A stretch of DNA of 64,000 nt from an uncultured Acidobacteriota bacterium (GTDB taxonomy: Bacteria; Acidobacteriota; Thermoanaerobaculia; Multivoradales; JAHEKO01): NCBI GenBank assembly GCA_963713825.1, contig CAVQNG010000025.1, forward strand, positions 256,001 through 320,000. Reading direction: 5' to 3'. Made by a program: the position numbers and the translations under genes. Every line of letters starts with the position of its first letter. Within the stretch, counting starts at the first letter, position 1. Positions 18,159 to 27,949 of the stretch are shown here, one piece after another. The notes under the pieces were generated by a model. That model was given only the letters and a program-made list of their open reading frames with translations. It made no database searches and was not told the origin of the DNA.

Positions 18159-20051
18159 ATGGCTGAAGAGAAGGAACAGAAGTCCAAGCTCTCCTGGACC
18201 GTTGTTTGGGAGGAGTCCAAAGAGCTCCTATGGGCGCGTCGAAGACGCCTGGCTCTGGGTTTCGGACTGCTGTTGATCAGCCGGCTGGCTGGAATGGTCC
18301 TGCCGGCGAGTACCAAGATTCTCATCGACGAGGTGATCGGAAACCAGCGCGCCGACCTATTGGTGTGGATCGCTCTGGCTGCCGGTGTGGCGACGCTGAT
18401 CCAGGCCGGCACCAGCTTTGCCCTGACCGTAATCCTGGGGGTTGCTGGTCAGCGGGCCATTACCGATCTCCGACGCCAGGTGCAGGCCCACATGGGCCGT
18501 CTTCCCGTGACGTATTTCGAGGACAACAAGACCGGCGAGCTGATCTCCCGCATCATCAACGATGCCCAGGGTATCCGCAACCTGGTGGGCACGGGCTTCG
18601 TTCAGCTGCTGGGGGGAATGATCACTGCGATCATCGCCTTGGGGGTGTTGTTCTGGCTGAACTGGCGGCTGACGCTCTTGACCATGATCCTGATCGGCAT
18701 CTTCGGAGCGGTGCTGGTGGTCGGCTTCAGTCGGTTGCGGCCCATCTTCCGCGAGCGAGGCAAGCTCATGGCAGATCTCTCCGGACGACTGACGGAGTCC
18801 ATCAACGGAGTTCGCGTCGTCAAGGCGTATACGGCGGAGAAGAGGGAGGAGCGCACGTTCGCTCGCGCCGCCCACAAGCTCCTGCGGAACATCGCCAGAT
18901 CGATGGTCGGTGTTTCGGCTATAGGCAGCCTGTCGAGCTTGCTCTTCGGGTTGGTCGGCATCACGATGAGTATCGCGGGCGCCCATGAGGTTCTGGCCGG
19001 CCGAATGACGGTCGGCGACATCTTCATGTTTGTCGTCTTCACCGGACTACTGGTTGCACCCTTGGTGCAGATGAGCAACATCGGCACCCAGATAACGGAG
19101 GCCTTCGCTGGGCTCGACCGGATTCGGGAGGTACTTGTCCAAGAAAGGGAGGACGATACCCTCGGAGGCGTTCAGAAGCTGGGTCGAGTCGAGGGCAACA
19201 TCGCATTCGAAGACGTGAGCTTCGAGTACAAGCCGGGTGTACCGGTCTTGAGGGACGTCAACTTCGAAGCTCGGGCAGGGACCACGACGGCCCTGGTCGG
19301 ATCGAGCGGTGCTGGCAAGAGTACGATCATCAGCTTGGTGATGGCCTTTCGGGCCCCGCAGCAGGGCCGCATCACGGTTGACGGAGTCGATCTGCGGCAG
19401 GTCTCGCTGCGCGACTACCGAGCCCAGCTGGCAGTGGTCCTCCAGGACGAGTTCCTGTTCGATGGCACCATCGGTGACAACATTGCCTATGGTCAACCCG
19501 GAGCTGCGCTCGAGGACATCCAGGAGGCAGGACGCCTGGCCCGCTGCGACGAGTTCATCGAAGGTTTCGAAGACGGCTACGACACGGTGATCGGCGAGCG
19601 TGGTGTCAAGCTCTCCGGTGGTCAGCGGCAGCGGGTGGCTATCGCCCGGGCGATTCTCGCCAACCCTCGGATCCTCATTCTGGATGAGGCCACCTCGAGT
19701 CTGGATAGCGAGAATGAGGCTCTCATTCAGGAAGGCCTCGAGACGCTCAAGCAGGGTCGGACGACCTTCGTGATCGCCCATCGACTCTCGACCATCCGTA
19801 GCGCCGACCAGATCCTGGTCATGGAAGCTGGGCGGATTGCTGAGCGAGGTACGCACAGCGAGCTGCTGGCCTCGGAGGGTCCCTACCGCAAGCTCTACGA
19901 GACCCAGTATCGATTCGAGAGAGACCAGTTCATCAATCCTGGTGAGGACTTCAGCCAAATCGTGCCAAAGCCCTCCGGCGTTGTTTCGAGCGCAAGTCGG
20001 AGCGATCTGCCGGGTGCAGGGTCCGGCCGGGCCGGTTTCCCCCGGGACTGA
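18159..20051 (+). CDS. ABC exporter, fused permease/ATPase (MsbA/MdlB-like)
   Basis: Six-TM N-domain, GSSGAGKST, LSGGQRQR, ILDEATSSLD, IAHRLST. Confidence 0.93.
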   Translation: MAEEKEQKSKLSWTVVWEESKELLWARRRRLALGFGLLLISRLAGMVLPASTKILIDEVIGNQRADLLVWIALAAGVATLIQAGTSFALTVILGVAGQRAITDLRRQVQAHMGRLPVTYFEDNKTGELISRIINDAQGIRNLVGTGFVQLLGGMITAIIALGVLFWLNWRLTLLTMILIGIFGAVLVVGFSRLRPIFRERGKLMADLSGRLTESINGVRVVKAYTAEKREERTFARAAHKLLRNIARSMVGVSAIGSLSSLLFGLVGITMSIAGAHEVLAGRMTVGDIFMFVVFTGLLVAPLVQMSNIGTQITEAFAGLDRIREVLVQEREDDTLGGVQKLGRVEGNIAFEDVSFEYKPGVPVLRDVNFEARAGTTTALVGSSGAGKSTIISLVMAFRAPQQGRITVDGVDLRQVSLRDYRAQLAVVLQDEFLFDGTIGDNIAYGQPGAALEDIQEAGRLARCDEFIEGFEDGYDTVIGERGVKLSGGQRQRVAIARAILANPRILILDEATSSLDSENEALIQEGLETLKQGRTTFVIAHRLSTIRSADQILVMEAGRIAERGTHSELLASEGPYRKLYETQYRFERDQFINPGEDFSQIVPKPSGVVSSASRSDLPGAGSGRAGFPRD

Positions 20052-20405
20052 TCAACCTTCGAGTCGTCTTCTCAGCCACTCGACGCGGCGTCGGTTGGCT
20101 CCAAGATCCCAGCTGCCGACACGGGATGCCGAGCGCACGTGGACCAGTCCCGACTCGGAGTCGAGGAGCAGTTCCAGGTCGTCGATGAATCGAAACAGGG
20201 GAGTCCTGACTCGCGCCTGAAGGTAGGTGTCGGTAGCGACTTCGAGTCGGGCTCCTGGCAGCGATCGGACCGCCTCCGTCACTCGCCTCATGACCTCCTC
20301 TGGAGGTCCTGAGATCCTCAGAGGTGGAACCCTGTGGCGAGGATTGCGGGCTTGACTGCTAACGCAGTTTGCAGTGGGAGGACAGTCGGCTAGACGACGA
20401 GGCAT
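20052..20405 (-). CDS. DUF1499 family protein
   Basis: CPPTANCVSSQ, FRFIDDLE, VRSASRVGSWDLGANRRRVE. Confidence 0.85.
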   Translation of the reverse strand: MPRRLADCPPTANCVSSQARNPRHRVPPLRISGPPEEVMRRVTEAVRSLPGARLEVATDTYLQARVRTPLFRFIDDLELLLDSESGLVHVRSASRVGSWDLGANRRRVEWLRRRLEG

Positions 20406-20409
20406 CTCG

Positions 20410-20853
20410 CTAGTCTCCTGGTGGCTCTTGAATCGACTCTAAATAGAGAACCAGGTCGCGAATCCGACGCTCGACCTCGGGCTCCTGGTTGGTGTCCAGG
20501 TCGAGCGTCTGGAAGGTGATTCCCCATACCGGCATTTCCCGTGCGCCATGAGCCGGCAGGTGGCGTCGACCGTCGATGACTTCGATCACCAGGTGGCTCG
20601 GGAAGGTGCCATCGTTGCGGCTCGAGATCGTCGTCAGATCGGTGGGTGGAACCGTGAGCACCTCCCGCATGGCCCCGTCACCGAGGCCCTCCGGTCCATG
20701 GCAGCTCTGACAATGGACTCTGAACAGGAATCTCCCTGGATCTCCCTCGTCGCTCAGGGGAGGATCCTCGACGGCAAAACCGGGAAAGACCGCAAAGAAA
20801 CCGAGAAGAACCAGGGCGACTGGCACCCGCGGGACCCTAGTCAGGCAACTCAT
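20410..20853 (-). CDS. Monoheme class I cytochrome c
   Basis: Signal-like N-terminus, CQSCHGPEGLGDG, distal ligand context EMPVWG. Confidence 0.88.
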   Translation of the reverse strand: MSCLTRVPRVPVALVLLGFFAVFPGFAVEDPPLSDEGDPGRFLFRVHCQSCHGPEGLGDGAMREVLTVPPTDLTTISSRNDGTFPSHLVIEVIDGRRHLPAHGAREMPVWGITFQTLDLDTNQEPEVERRIRDLVLYLESIQEPPGD

Positions 20854-20894
20854 GTCTGCCAAGCTCCTTGTTGGCAAGCAGGGCGAGCTTCGAA

Positions 20895-21104
20895 TCAGGG
20901 GACTTCGACTCGGAAGCCGATCTGCAACTTGATCTGATACTCGGCCACCTTGCCGTCGACGATGCGCCCACGTTGCTCCTGAACCTCGAACCAGGAAAGG
21001 TTGCGAACGGTGGCGGTGGCATCCGACAAGGCGCTGGCGATGGCGGCATCATAGGACTCCGTCGATGTGCCGACGACCGTGACCATCTTGTAGGTATTGC
21101 TCAT
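20895..21104 (-). CDS. Dodecin (flavin-binding protein)
   Basis: 69 aa: YKMVTVVGTS...TVRNLSWFEVQEQRG...YQIKLQIGFRV. AAAGGA RBS. Confidence 0.92.
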   Translation of the reverse strand: MSNTYKMVTVVGTSTESYDAAIASALSDATATVRNLSWFEVQEQRGRIVDGKVAEYQIKLQIGFRVEVP

Positions 21105-21271
21105 GAGTCGTTCCTTTCTGGGATTTCCCGAACAACCCTATGGTAACGGAGTTGGGACCGGTAGTGGCCTTCTGGAACCTGCCGATGGGATGTTAGCCTA
21201 CAGTCACCGATGAGGGTTTCCCTGTTCTTGGTTCGGGTTGGGCCTGATCGGCCCGAGACCTCCTAGTTCGG

Positions 21272-21589
21272 ATGGCCATGCTTCTTCAGTTCTTCACGAT
21301 CCTCTTGACCGCGGTCTTGTCGAGCCTTCTGACGCTGGCGTTGGCTTACTGGTACTTCGACAGGCGCCTCAAGCGACGTCTGGACCAGCGGTTGACCGAG
21401 CTGCAGGAAGAGTTCGGGGCGATGATTCAAGAGCGCGTTCGGCGAGGAGTGGTTGAAGGTGTGGCATCGATTCCCTCTGCAGAGGTGCTGAAAGGCACCG
21501 GTCAGACCCTCTCAGCCACCGCTGCAGACCTGGTCAGGAACAGCCTGGATACACTGCTTCGCAGCGGCTCGAGCGACTCCGAGGATTGA
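21272..21589 (+). CDS. Hypothetical protein with an N-terminal TM helix and a helical C-terminal part
   Basis: 105 aa ORF filling the gap between dodecin and phasin. Hydrophobic residues about 4-29 followed by a charged helical region. Confidence 0.65.
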   Translation: MAMLLQFFTILLTAVLSSLLTLALAYWYFDRRLKRRLDQRLTELQEEFGAMIQERVRRGVVEGVASIPSAEVLKGTGQTLSATAADLVRNSLDTLLRSGSSDSED

Positions 21590-21661
21590 AGTCCAGCGAA
21601 TCGATTACGAGGTAGGTCTCGGTCCTCGATTGGGGTCGTCGGCAAGGTTCTGGGAGCCTCT

Positions 21662-21711
21662 TGCCGCGGTGCAGAAAGAATCTTGACTTTCTTGCCGCAC
21701 CGCGTCATAAT
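21662..21711 (+). promoter_or_regulatory. Sigma70 promoter of the phasin gene with two PhaR-box-like sites
   Basis: TTGACT (21683-21688)-N17-CATAAT (21706-21711). TGCCGCGGTGCA (21662-21673) and TGCCGCACCGCG (21693-21704) flank the -35 element. Confidence 0.65.
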
Positions 21712-21811
21712 GGCTCTCGTGCCAAGCGCTGCCGATCGTCAAGAACGGCGACATTCACTGACAGAAACAGGGCTCCAGCGATGAGGGCCCATTGCAGGAG
21801 GAGTTGGAATC

Positions 21812-22261
21812 ATGAACACACAACAAGTCACCACCGAGTACAAGAAGCTGCAAAACGGACTCTTCGAATCCACCCGCCGGCTCTGGCTGGCAGGCCTTGG
21901 AACGCTCTCAGTGGTTGAAGAGGAGAGCACGGGGATCTTCGACCAATTGATCGAGAAGGGTCGGCTGATCGAGGAGACGAGCCGCCAGCAAATGAAGAAG
22001 ACCAAGGCCGAGATCGAATCGAGCGGCGAAGGGCTGGCGGAGGAACTGTCCGACAAGCTGGATCGGCAGGTTTCGGGCGTGCTGCAGAAGATGGGCATTC
22101 CCTCTCGCGCCCAGGTCCAGGATCTGACTCTGCGCGTCGAGCAGTTGTCGGAGCAGGTGGATCGACTGGCTACGCCACAGCCCGCCAAGAAGACAGCGGC
22201 CAAGAAGTCAGCGGCACCTGCCAAGGCCGCCAAGACCACGAAGGCTGCGGCGAAAGCCTGA
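21812..22261 (+). CDS. Phasin / polyhydroxyalkanoate granule-associated protein (PhaF/PhaI-like)
   Basis: LWLAGLG, FDQLIEKG, MGIPSRAQVQDLTLRVEQL, Ala/Lys-rich tail (PAKKTAAKKSAAPAKAAK). AGGAGG RBS. Confidence 0.9.
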   Translation: MNTQQVTTEYKKLQNGLFESTRRLWLAGLGTLSVVEEESTGIFDQLIEKGRLIEETSRQQMKKTKAEIESSGEGLAEELSDKLDRQVSGVLQKMGIPSRAQVQDLTLRVEQLSEQVDRLATPQPAKKTAAKKSAAPAKAAKTTKAAAKA

Positions 22262-22312
22262 GCCAGCGGTCACTGACACGGGGGGAAGCTGCCTCGTGTG
22301 ATTTGACGGATC

Positions 22313-22361
22313 AGCCCGAGTGGGAGTCGGCTCTGCCGGCCTCGCTCGGGCTTTCTTTCTT
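22313..22361 (+). terminator. Rho-independent terminator after the phasin gene
   Basis: GC-rich hairpin GCCCGAGTGGG-A-GTCGGC/TCT/GCCGGC-CTCGCTCGGGC followed by TTTCTTTCTT. Confidence 0.7.
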
Positions 22362-22365
22362 GGCG

Positions 22366-22902
22366 CTAGAGCTTCAGAACCAGCTTGACCATGTCGTACT
22401 GGTTGCCGTCCGGATCGGTGCCATACCCTGGAACCGAGAATTGCTCGAAGCCGAGGTCTGTCAGAGTCCGGATGGCGTCCTGCTCGAGCTTGGCGATGGG
22501 CATGCAGGAAAGGTGTCGCAGCCCATGCTCGCGAGCGATCGAGATCAGGTTGTTGACCATGGTGGTTCCCAGGCCCTGGCCTCGATAGGCCGGGTCGATG
22601 AGCCACTTGATCCGACCCACCAGACGAAGCGGTCCCCGCTCGTGGCGGTGGAGGGTCGCATCGGCGACGACACTGTGACCGTTGGCTGCGATCAGGGGGA
22701 AGACCTTGGAGTAGTCGATATTCTGCCCCCAACGCTCGATCAGGCTCCGGTCCTCGATGTTGTCCCAAGCTGTCCGCCGCACTTCGATGGGTAGCTGCTG
22801 GAAGAACTCGAAGAGCTGGTCGGCGTCGTTCTCGTTGAAGGTGCGGATCAGGACTCGTCGTCCGTCGCGAAGAACGACTTCTTGGGGGAATCGATCAGGC
22901 AT
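22366..22902 (-). CDS. GNAT family N-acetyltransferase
   Basis: LRDGRRVLIR N-terminus and acetyl-CoA motif IDPAYRGQGLGT. Confidence 0.85.
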   Translation of the reverse strand: MPDRFPQEVVLRDGRRVLIRTFNENDADQLFEFFQQLPIEVRRTAWDNIEDRSLIERWGQNIDYSKVFPLIAANGHSVVADATLHRHERGPLRLVGRIKWLIDPAYRGQGLGTTMVNNLISIAREHGLRHLSCMPIAKLEQDAIRTLTDLGFEQFSVPGYGTDPDGNQYDMVKLVLKL

Positions 22903-23120
22903 GGAAGTACTCCTTGCTTCGAGGAATGATGAAGTTACTTTCGTGGTGAAACCGAAGCGAGATCGGGCAGTGCCTCGGCAAAATGCGGGTTTCTAGCACT
23001 AGCAAGCTACCCCTGCAGTCACCGGTAAGGATATCGTTAGCCAGCCTCGAGTGCCAGTCTTGGCCAAGACTCCCGAGGTGCTCGGCTCACCGCCGCCTGA
23101 TTTACCGCCCAAAGCCTGGT

Positions 23121-24968
23121 TCAGGGCTTCTCGATCGTCATCTGGGTGTCGACTACGATCTCGGATACCGGCTGGACGGTCCCATCGGGCCAGACAATGG
23201 TCAGCTTTTCCACCTCTCCGATCGGCCCGAGGCCGAAGGTCAGCGGCAACTCGGACTGCGAAAGGTAGCTGCGGGTGGGCATGACTTGCCGAATCTGGGT
23301 GACGCCGCCGGCCTGCAGCTCGACCCGGGCCCCGATAGCCTGCCAGTTGCTTCCCGAGGCGGTCAGCTTCAACCTCAGCCAGTGATTGCCTAGCTGTTGG
23401 TCGTTTCTCAACAGCACCGACGGGCGGCCGACCTGGGTCAGCAGGAGGTCGAGGTCTCCATCGCCATCCACATCTGCGGTAGCGCTACCACGCCCGGCCA
23501 GAGGTGTGTCGAGATCGCCAACCAACTCTCCGGGCACTGGCGTGAAGGTCTGCCGCTGATCGAAGCCGGCATTCCAGAATAGCTGCGGTGCCTGCTCATA
23601 GGTCTGACTGGGATCCACCGTGTTGATCTCGTCCTCCAGGTGGCCGTTGGTCTGCAATAGATCGAGGCGCCCGTCCAGGTCGTAGTCCAGAAACAGGATG
23701 CCGAAGCTGAGCATGAGGCGGCTCGGCGCTCCGACACCTTCGCCGATGGCTTCGTCGGCATAGAGCGAAGGGTCGTCTTGTGAGATGTACAGTGACGTCA
23801 TCTCGTTGGCGAAATTGCCGATTGCGAACCCCAGTTCGCCGTTATTCCTGTAGTAGCCAGCATCGACTCCCATGGCGCCGGTGGCCTCACCGTCGCGCCC
23901 GTAACCCAGCCCCCAGAAGGCTGCGCTCTCCTCGAAGGTGCCGTCGCCGAGATTGCGCAGGAAGAAGTTCTGCACGGTGTCATTGGCAATAAAGATGTCC
24001 ATCCAGCCGTCGGTATCTGCATCGATGGGAAGAAGTCCGAGGCCCTTGCCTGCCGGGACTGCCGTGACTTCGTTACGAACCTGCACCCCGCTCTCGGCCG
24101 AGACATCGGTAAAGGTGCCGTCACCGTCGTTGCGGTAGAGATAGGGATAAGTCCCCTCATAGTTGGTGGGAGGGCCGTAGGCGCGGCCAACGCCGGTCAG
24201 CTGGTAGTCGACGTCGAAGTCGGTCTGACGCGTCCAGCGGACGTAGTTGGTGACGAAGAGATCGAGATCGCCATCGTTGTCGTAGTCGAAGAAGGCTGCG
24301 CTGGTGCTCCATTCCCCCGGGCCACCGGCTACGCCAGCCTCCTGGGTAACGTCCACGAAGCGATCACCCAGATTCCTCAGCAGACGATTCTCTCCAACGG
24401 CTGTCAGGAAGAGGTCCACCCGCCCATCGGCGTCGAAATCAGCAGCGGCAACGCCGGTTCCATAGATCGAAAGATCGAGTCCGACGGATTGGCTTATATC
24501 GAGGAAACCGCCGTTGCCATCGTTGCGATAGAGCGCCGGGGTTGGTGGGGGTCGAACCGCGGTCGAATGGGGCCACCAAGTGGAATTGACCAGTAGAAGA
24601 TCGGCATCGTCGTCATTGTCGAAATCGAAGAACGCGGCTCCGCTGCCCATGGTCTCCGGCAGAAGCTTCTCGCCGGTGGCGCCATTGAAATGCACGAAAT
24701 CGATGCCGGCCTGGGCTGTGATATCCGTGAACAGGACGGTCGGGACCCGAACCGGCTGCTCGACGGCTTCCGGTGCCTGCTGCACGATGGTCGATTCCGG
24801 AGGTGCTTCCTGCTCATGGCGAGCCACCAGGATAGCCAGGCCAACCGCCACGCCGATCGCCAGGAGCGCAACAAGGGACCATCGCAGGGCCCTACCGATC
24901 ACCCGGTCATCGGCCGGCACCATCGGCTCGTCTTCGGGCAGATCCTGTTTTGTCGGGTCCGTTGGCAT
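23121..24968 (-). CDS. CRTAC1-like protein with FG-GAP/VCBS repeats and a C-terminal ASPIC/UnbV domain, membrane anchored
   Basis: One N-terminal TM helix, ETMGSG, repeated DxDxDGxxDL motifs, C-terminal AIGARVEL...YLSQSELPLTFGLG...WPDG. Confidence 0.9.
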   Translation of the reverse strand: MPTDPTKQDLPEDEPMVPADDRVIGRALRWSLVALLAIGVAVGLAILVARHEQEAPPESTIVQQAPEAVEQPVRVPTVLFTDITAQAGIDFVHFNGATGEKLLPETMGSGAAFFDFDNDDDADLLLVNSTWWPHSTAVRPPPTPALYRNDGNGGFLDISQSVGLDLSIYGTGVAAADFDADGRVDLFLTAVGENRLLRNLGDRFVDVTQEAGVAGGPGEWSTSAAFFDYDNDGDLDLFVTNYVRWTRQTDFDVDYQLTGVGRAYGPPTNYEGTYPYLYRNDGDGTFTDVSAESGVQVRNEVTAVPAGKGLGLLPIDADTDGWMDIFIANDTVQNFFLRNLGDGTFEESAAFWGLGYGRDGEATGAMGVDAGYYRNNGELGFAIGNFANEMTSLYISQDDPSLYADEAIGEGVGAPSRLMLSFGILFLDYDLDGRLDLLQTNGHLEDEINTVDPSQTYEQAPQLFWNAGFDQRQTFTPVPGELVGDLDTPLAGRGSATADVDGDGDLDLLLTQVGRPSVLLRNDQQLGNHWLRLKLTASGSNWQAIGARVELQAGGVTQIRQVMPTRSYLSQSELPLTFGLGPIGEVEKLTIVWPDGTVQPVSEIVVDTQMTIEKP

Positions 24969-25007
24969 GAGAGTCGGGCTGCTCGAGCGAGGTTGTCCTA
25001 CAAGGGC

Positions 25008-27866
25008 TCAGGGTGACTCGCCTGGCTCCTGGTCGGCCAACGTTTCGACATCTATGGTAACTGGATCCAGCGAATAGGCCCCATTGCGCTGCAGGTCGTA
25101 GATTGCGATGGCTTCCGCCGCATGATCAGCAGCAGGGTTCATGGCCCTGTGTGCCGCAATGGCTCGGTCGTGGGAATTGTCGTCGGGCTTGTAGGTCTGG
25201 TAGAGCCGGAAGTGCTCGGCGGCTTTGTCCGGCTCATCGAGTTGTTTGTAGATCAGGTCCAGGTTGAAGTGTGCGGTGACATTCTCAGGGTCCAGCTGCA
25301 GAGTGTCGAGGAGGACGTCTCGAGCCTGAGCCAATCGAGTCTGTCTGGCGTCTTTACGCGCCGGCCCACGCTCTTGCTTGGCGCGTTCGAACAGAGTCTG
25401 ACCCAACTCGTTCAAGAGTCGATAGTCGCGACTGAAGTCGAAGCCGCGTCGGCGGGTCTCTGCGTCGTCGAGGCTCAGAATGCTCTCGAAATTAGCAATG
25501 GCTTCGTCCAGAAAGCCGTTTTGCTTGTTCACCAGACCCGTGAACCAGGCAACCGACCAAACGGGGGCTGGTGGGTCGAACTGTGCCGCCCTCTCGAGGG
25601 CTTCGATCGCCCGATCCTGAACCGTGCCCTGAGTCAAGTAGACCCTGGCGAGGTTGAGCGGACCGTCGGGGCGTCCCAGGGCCTCGACCCTCTTGAACGC
25701 CGCCTCGGCCTGTCGCAACTCACCCTTGCTCTTGCCGCCTTTTCTCAGTAAGCCGATGCCGTAGTCGTTCCATCGCTGCCACTCAGGCACCGCGGCCCCG
25801 GATTCCTGCTCTGGTGGGTTGATGTTGGAGCCCGCGACCGGGAAGGTGACGCTGTCGCGGGCCAACGTCATGATCGGGAGGTCATTGACGCGGGCCTGAC
25901 CGTAGATGTGCTGCATGAAAGTGGTGTCGAACTTGCGATAGTGCAAGGCGACCTCCACGGTTACGAAGTCTCGCGCCTCCGGCGGTACCTGCAGCTCGTA
26001 ATGCACCACGTCTGCGGCCCCCGGTGGGATCTGATGATCGTACAGCGTCACGAAGATGTCCTGCGCGTTGCGACGGTCGATCCGCTCGCCATTCCGATCC
26101 AGAACATAGGAGTTGACGAAGTAGGACCAGGGATCGACCGCACCGTCCTCCGCCAGACCTCCACTGCGGCCGATCGATGACTGTTCGCTGGTGACCCTGA
26201 CGTCGACCCAAACCTCATTCGAGTCCGCCGTGCCTTGGGTGAAATGGTGCCCCATCTCGACTGTGCGGATGACCGTCTCGAGCAGGTAGGTCTCGCCCGG
26301 CTGAAGAGTGGGTATCTGCGGGCGGATAGGGGCCATCAGCTCGCCGCTGATCGTGCCGCCCTGTCGGAGACCAAAGATATCGACTCGCATTACCCCTTCG
26401 TTGAACTCGGCATGTCGCAGGATGGCGCTTTCGGGCTGATCGAGCATCTGGAGTACTGCGGTGTTGGCACTGGGGAACTGGTGATCGTGAATCGTCAGAA
26501 CGCCCGAGTCATCGAAGTCCTGGGCGCTGAATTGATCCGAAGGCAGCAACTCCATGTGGCACTTGTTGCAGTTGGGTTCCGCTTGCTCCGGATAGTAGAA
26601 GCTGGACACCCCATGGCCCGACACACCGCTCAACAGAAAGGAATCGTAGTGATTCTGGCCGCGAAGCCATTTGTAGTGGTTGAGCTCGACCGGCAGATGG
26701 ACCTTGTGGCAGGTACCGCAAAACTCCTCAGTCTGGTGTAGAGGCTTGAGGAAGGTCCTCTTGTGGAACTCAGGCTTGGCCTTCACCAGCTGGCGGTTCA
26801 CCCACCCGAGCGCTGGGTTGTCGCTGAAGGCGAAGGGGTAGTGAATCGGCTCGTCGATCGTGTAGTCGGCATTTCCACGCCGGCTGTTGAGATGGGCAAT
26901 CGCGTGACACGCGGTACAGGTGATGCCGGCCTGGGCGGTCGGATCGTTGATGTCGTCGAAGTCCGGGTCATCGAACTTGCCACCGAAGAAGACCACCGGA
27001 TCGTGGCAACCGGCACAGAATCTCGCCGCCTGCACGGAGCCGTCCCGCTCCAGGGAGACCTGTCGGGTCTCTTGGACCGCAAAGAAATAGGCTGGATTGT
27101 TGAAGGAGGCGAAGCGATGGGCGCTGACCGACCAGGTGTCGTGACTGTCTTCGTGACACTCCTTGCAGTACCGGTCATTCATCAGGACTTCGGGTGAGAT
27201 GAACTCTCCACTGGCGGTGCGGGCGAGGGATGGGAAGAAGTACTGCTCCCCAGAGGCGGGTCCCTCCTGGTTCCAGTGTCTGGGGTCCTGGGCCTGAACG
27301 ACGATCATGAGCCCGGCGAAGCCCACCGCAACAATGGCCCACCGAAGGCCGATTCGCCATTTGATTCGCTTGCCGGCGAGTCGATGCAGGACGAAGAGCC
27401 AGGCGGCGGCGATTGGGCTCAAGACATGAGTCCAGTAGGCGACCGAGCGGACGGTCGGGTTCTTGACAACGATGAGGCCTTCGATGCGGGTCAGGATCAC
27501 TCCGCTCACGATCAGGGCCAAGGCGACGGCGAACAGACCAAAGCCGACATAGACCGCCCGCCGATTGGGTCGGCGAAAGGTATTACGAATATGAATCAGA
27601 CCAAAAACCAGCAACGGCAGGATCAGGCTCAGTCCGAGCACCAGGTGGACCAGAAACATCACCAGATAGAACCAGTTCTGATAGGTCTCGCCCGTTGCCC
27701 ACTCGAGCAGCGTCACGCCCAGCAGATAGGTGGCGTTTACGGTCAACAGTGAAAACAGTGCGAATACGACGTCCAGGAGCCGTCGGAGTCCAGGGCCAAC
27801 AGCGGGAACATGCCGACGGAGAGCCGGTTTGGCGGCAGCTGGTCGGTCGGTTCGGGGAGGATTCAT
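25008..27866 (-). CDS. Membrane-anchored pentaheme cytochrome c with C-terminal TPR repeats
   Basis: About five N-terminal TM helices, CxxCH motifs CKECH, CAGCH, CTACH, CGTCH and CNKCH, HHFTQGTADSNEVW, then WNDYGIGLL and TPR-like helices. Confidence 0.88.
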   Translation of the reverse strand: MNPPRTDRPAAAKPALRRHVPAVGPGLRRLLDVVFALFSLLTVNATYLLGVTLLEWATGETYQNWFYLVMFLVHLVLGLSLILPLLVFGLIHIRNTFRRPNRRAVYVGFGLFAVALALIVSGVILTRIEGLIVVKNPTVRSVAYWTHVLSPIAAAWLFVLHRLAGKRIKWRIGLRWAIVAVGFAGLMIVVQAQDPRHWNQEGPASGEQYFFPSLARTASGEFISPEVLMNDRYCKECHEDSHDTWSVSAHRFASFNNPAYFFAVQETRQVSLERDGSVQAARFCAGCHDPVVFFGGKFDDPDFDDINDPTAQAGITCTACHAIAHLNSRRGNADYTIDEPIHYPFAFSDNPALGWVNRQLVKAKPEFHKRTFLKPLHQTEEFCGTCHKVHLPVELNHYKWLRGQNHYDSFLLSGVSGHGVSSFYYPEQAEPNCNKCHMELLPSDQFSAQDFDDSGVLTIHDHQFPSANTAVLQMLDQPESAILRHAEFNEGVMRVDIFGLRQGGTISGELMAPIRPQIPTLQPGETYLLETVIRTVEMGHHFTQGTADSNEVWVDVRVTSEQSSIGRSGGLAEDGAVDPWSYFVNSYVLDRNGERIDRRNAQDIFVTLYDHQIPPGAADVVHYELQVPPEARDFVTVEVALHYRKFDTTFMQHIYGQARVNDLPIMTLARDSVTFPVAGSNINPPEQESGAAVPEWQRWNDYGIGLLRKGGKSKGELRQAEAAFKRVEALGRPDGPLNLARVYLTQGTVQDRAIEALERAAQFDPPAPVWSVAWFTGLVNKQNGFLDEAIANFESILSLDDAETRRRGFDFSRDYRLLNELGQTLFERAKQERGPARKDARQTRLAQARDVLLDTLQLDPENVTAHFNLDLIYKQLDEPDKAAEHFRLYQTYKPDDNSHDRAIAAHRAMNPAADHAAEAIAIYDLQRNGAYSLDPVTIDVETLADQEPGESP

Positions 27867-27949
27867 GAACGGGAGAGATCGCTGTCTGCGGATGGCCTCG
27901 AGGCGAAAAAGTCTATCGCGAAATCCTCACTCAGCCGCCCCGCCGACAA

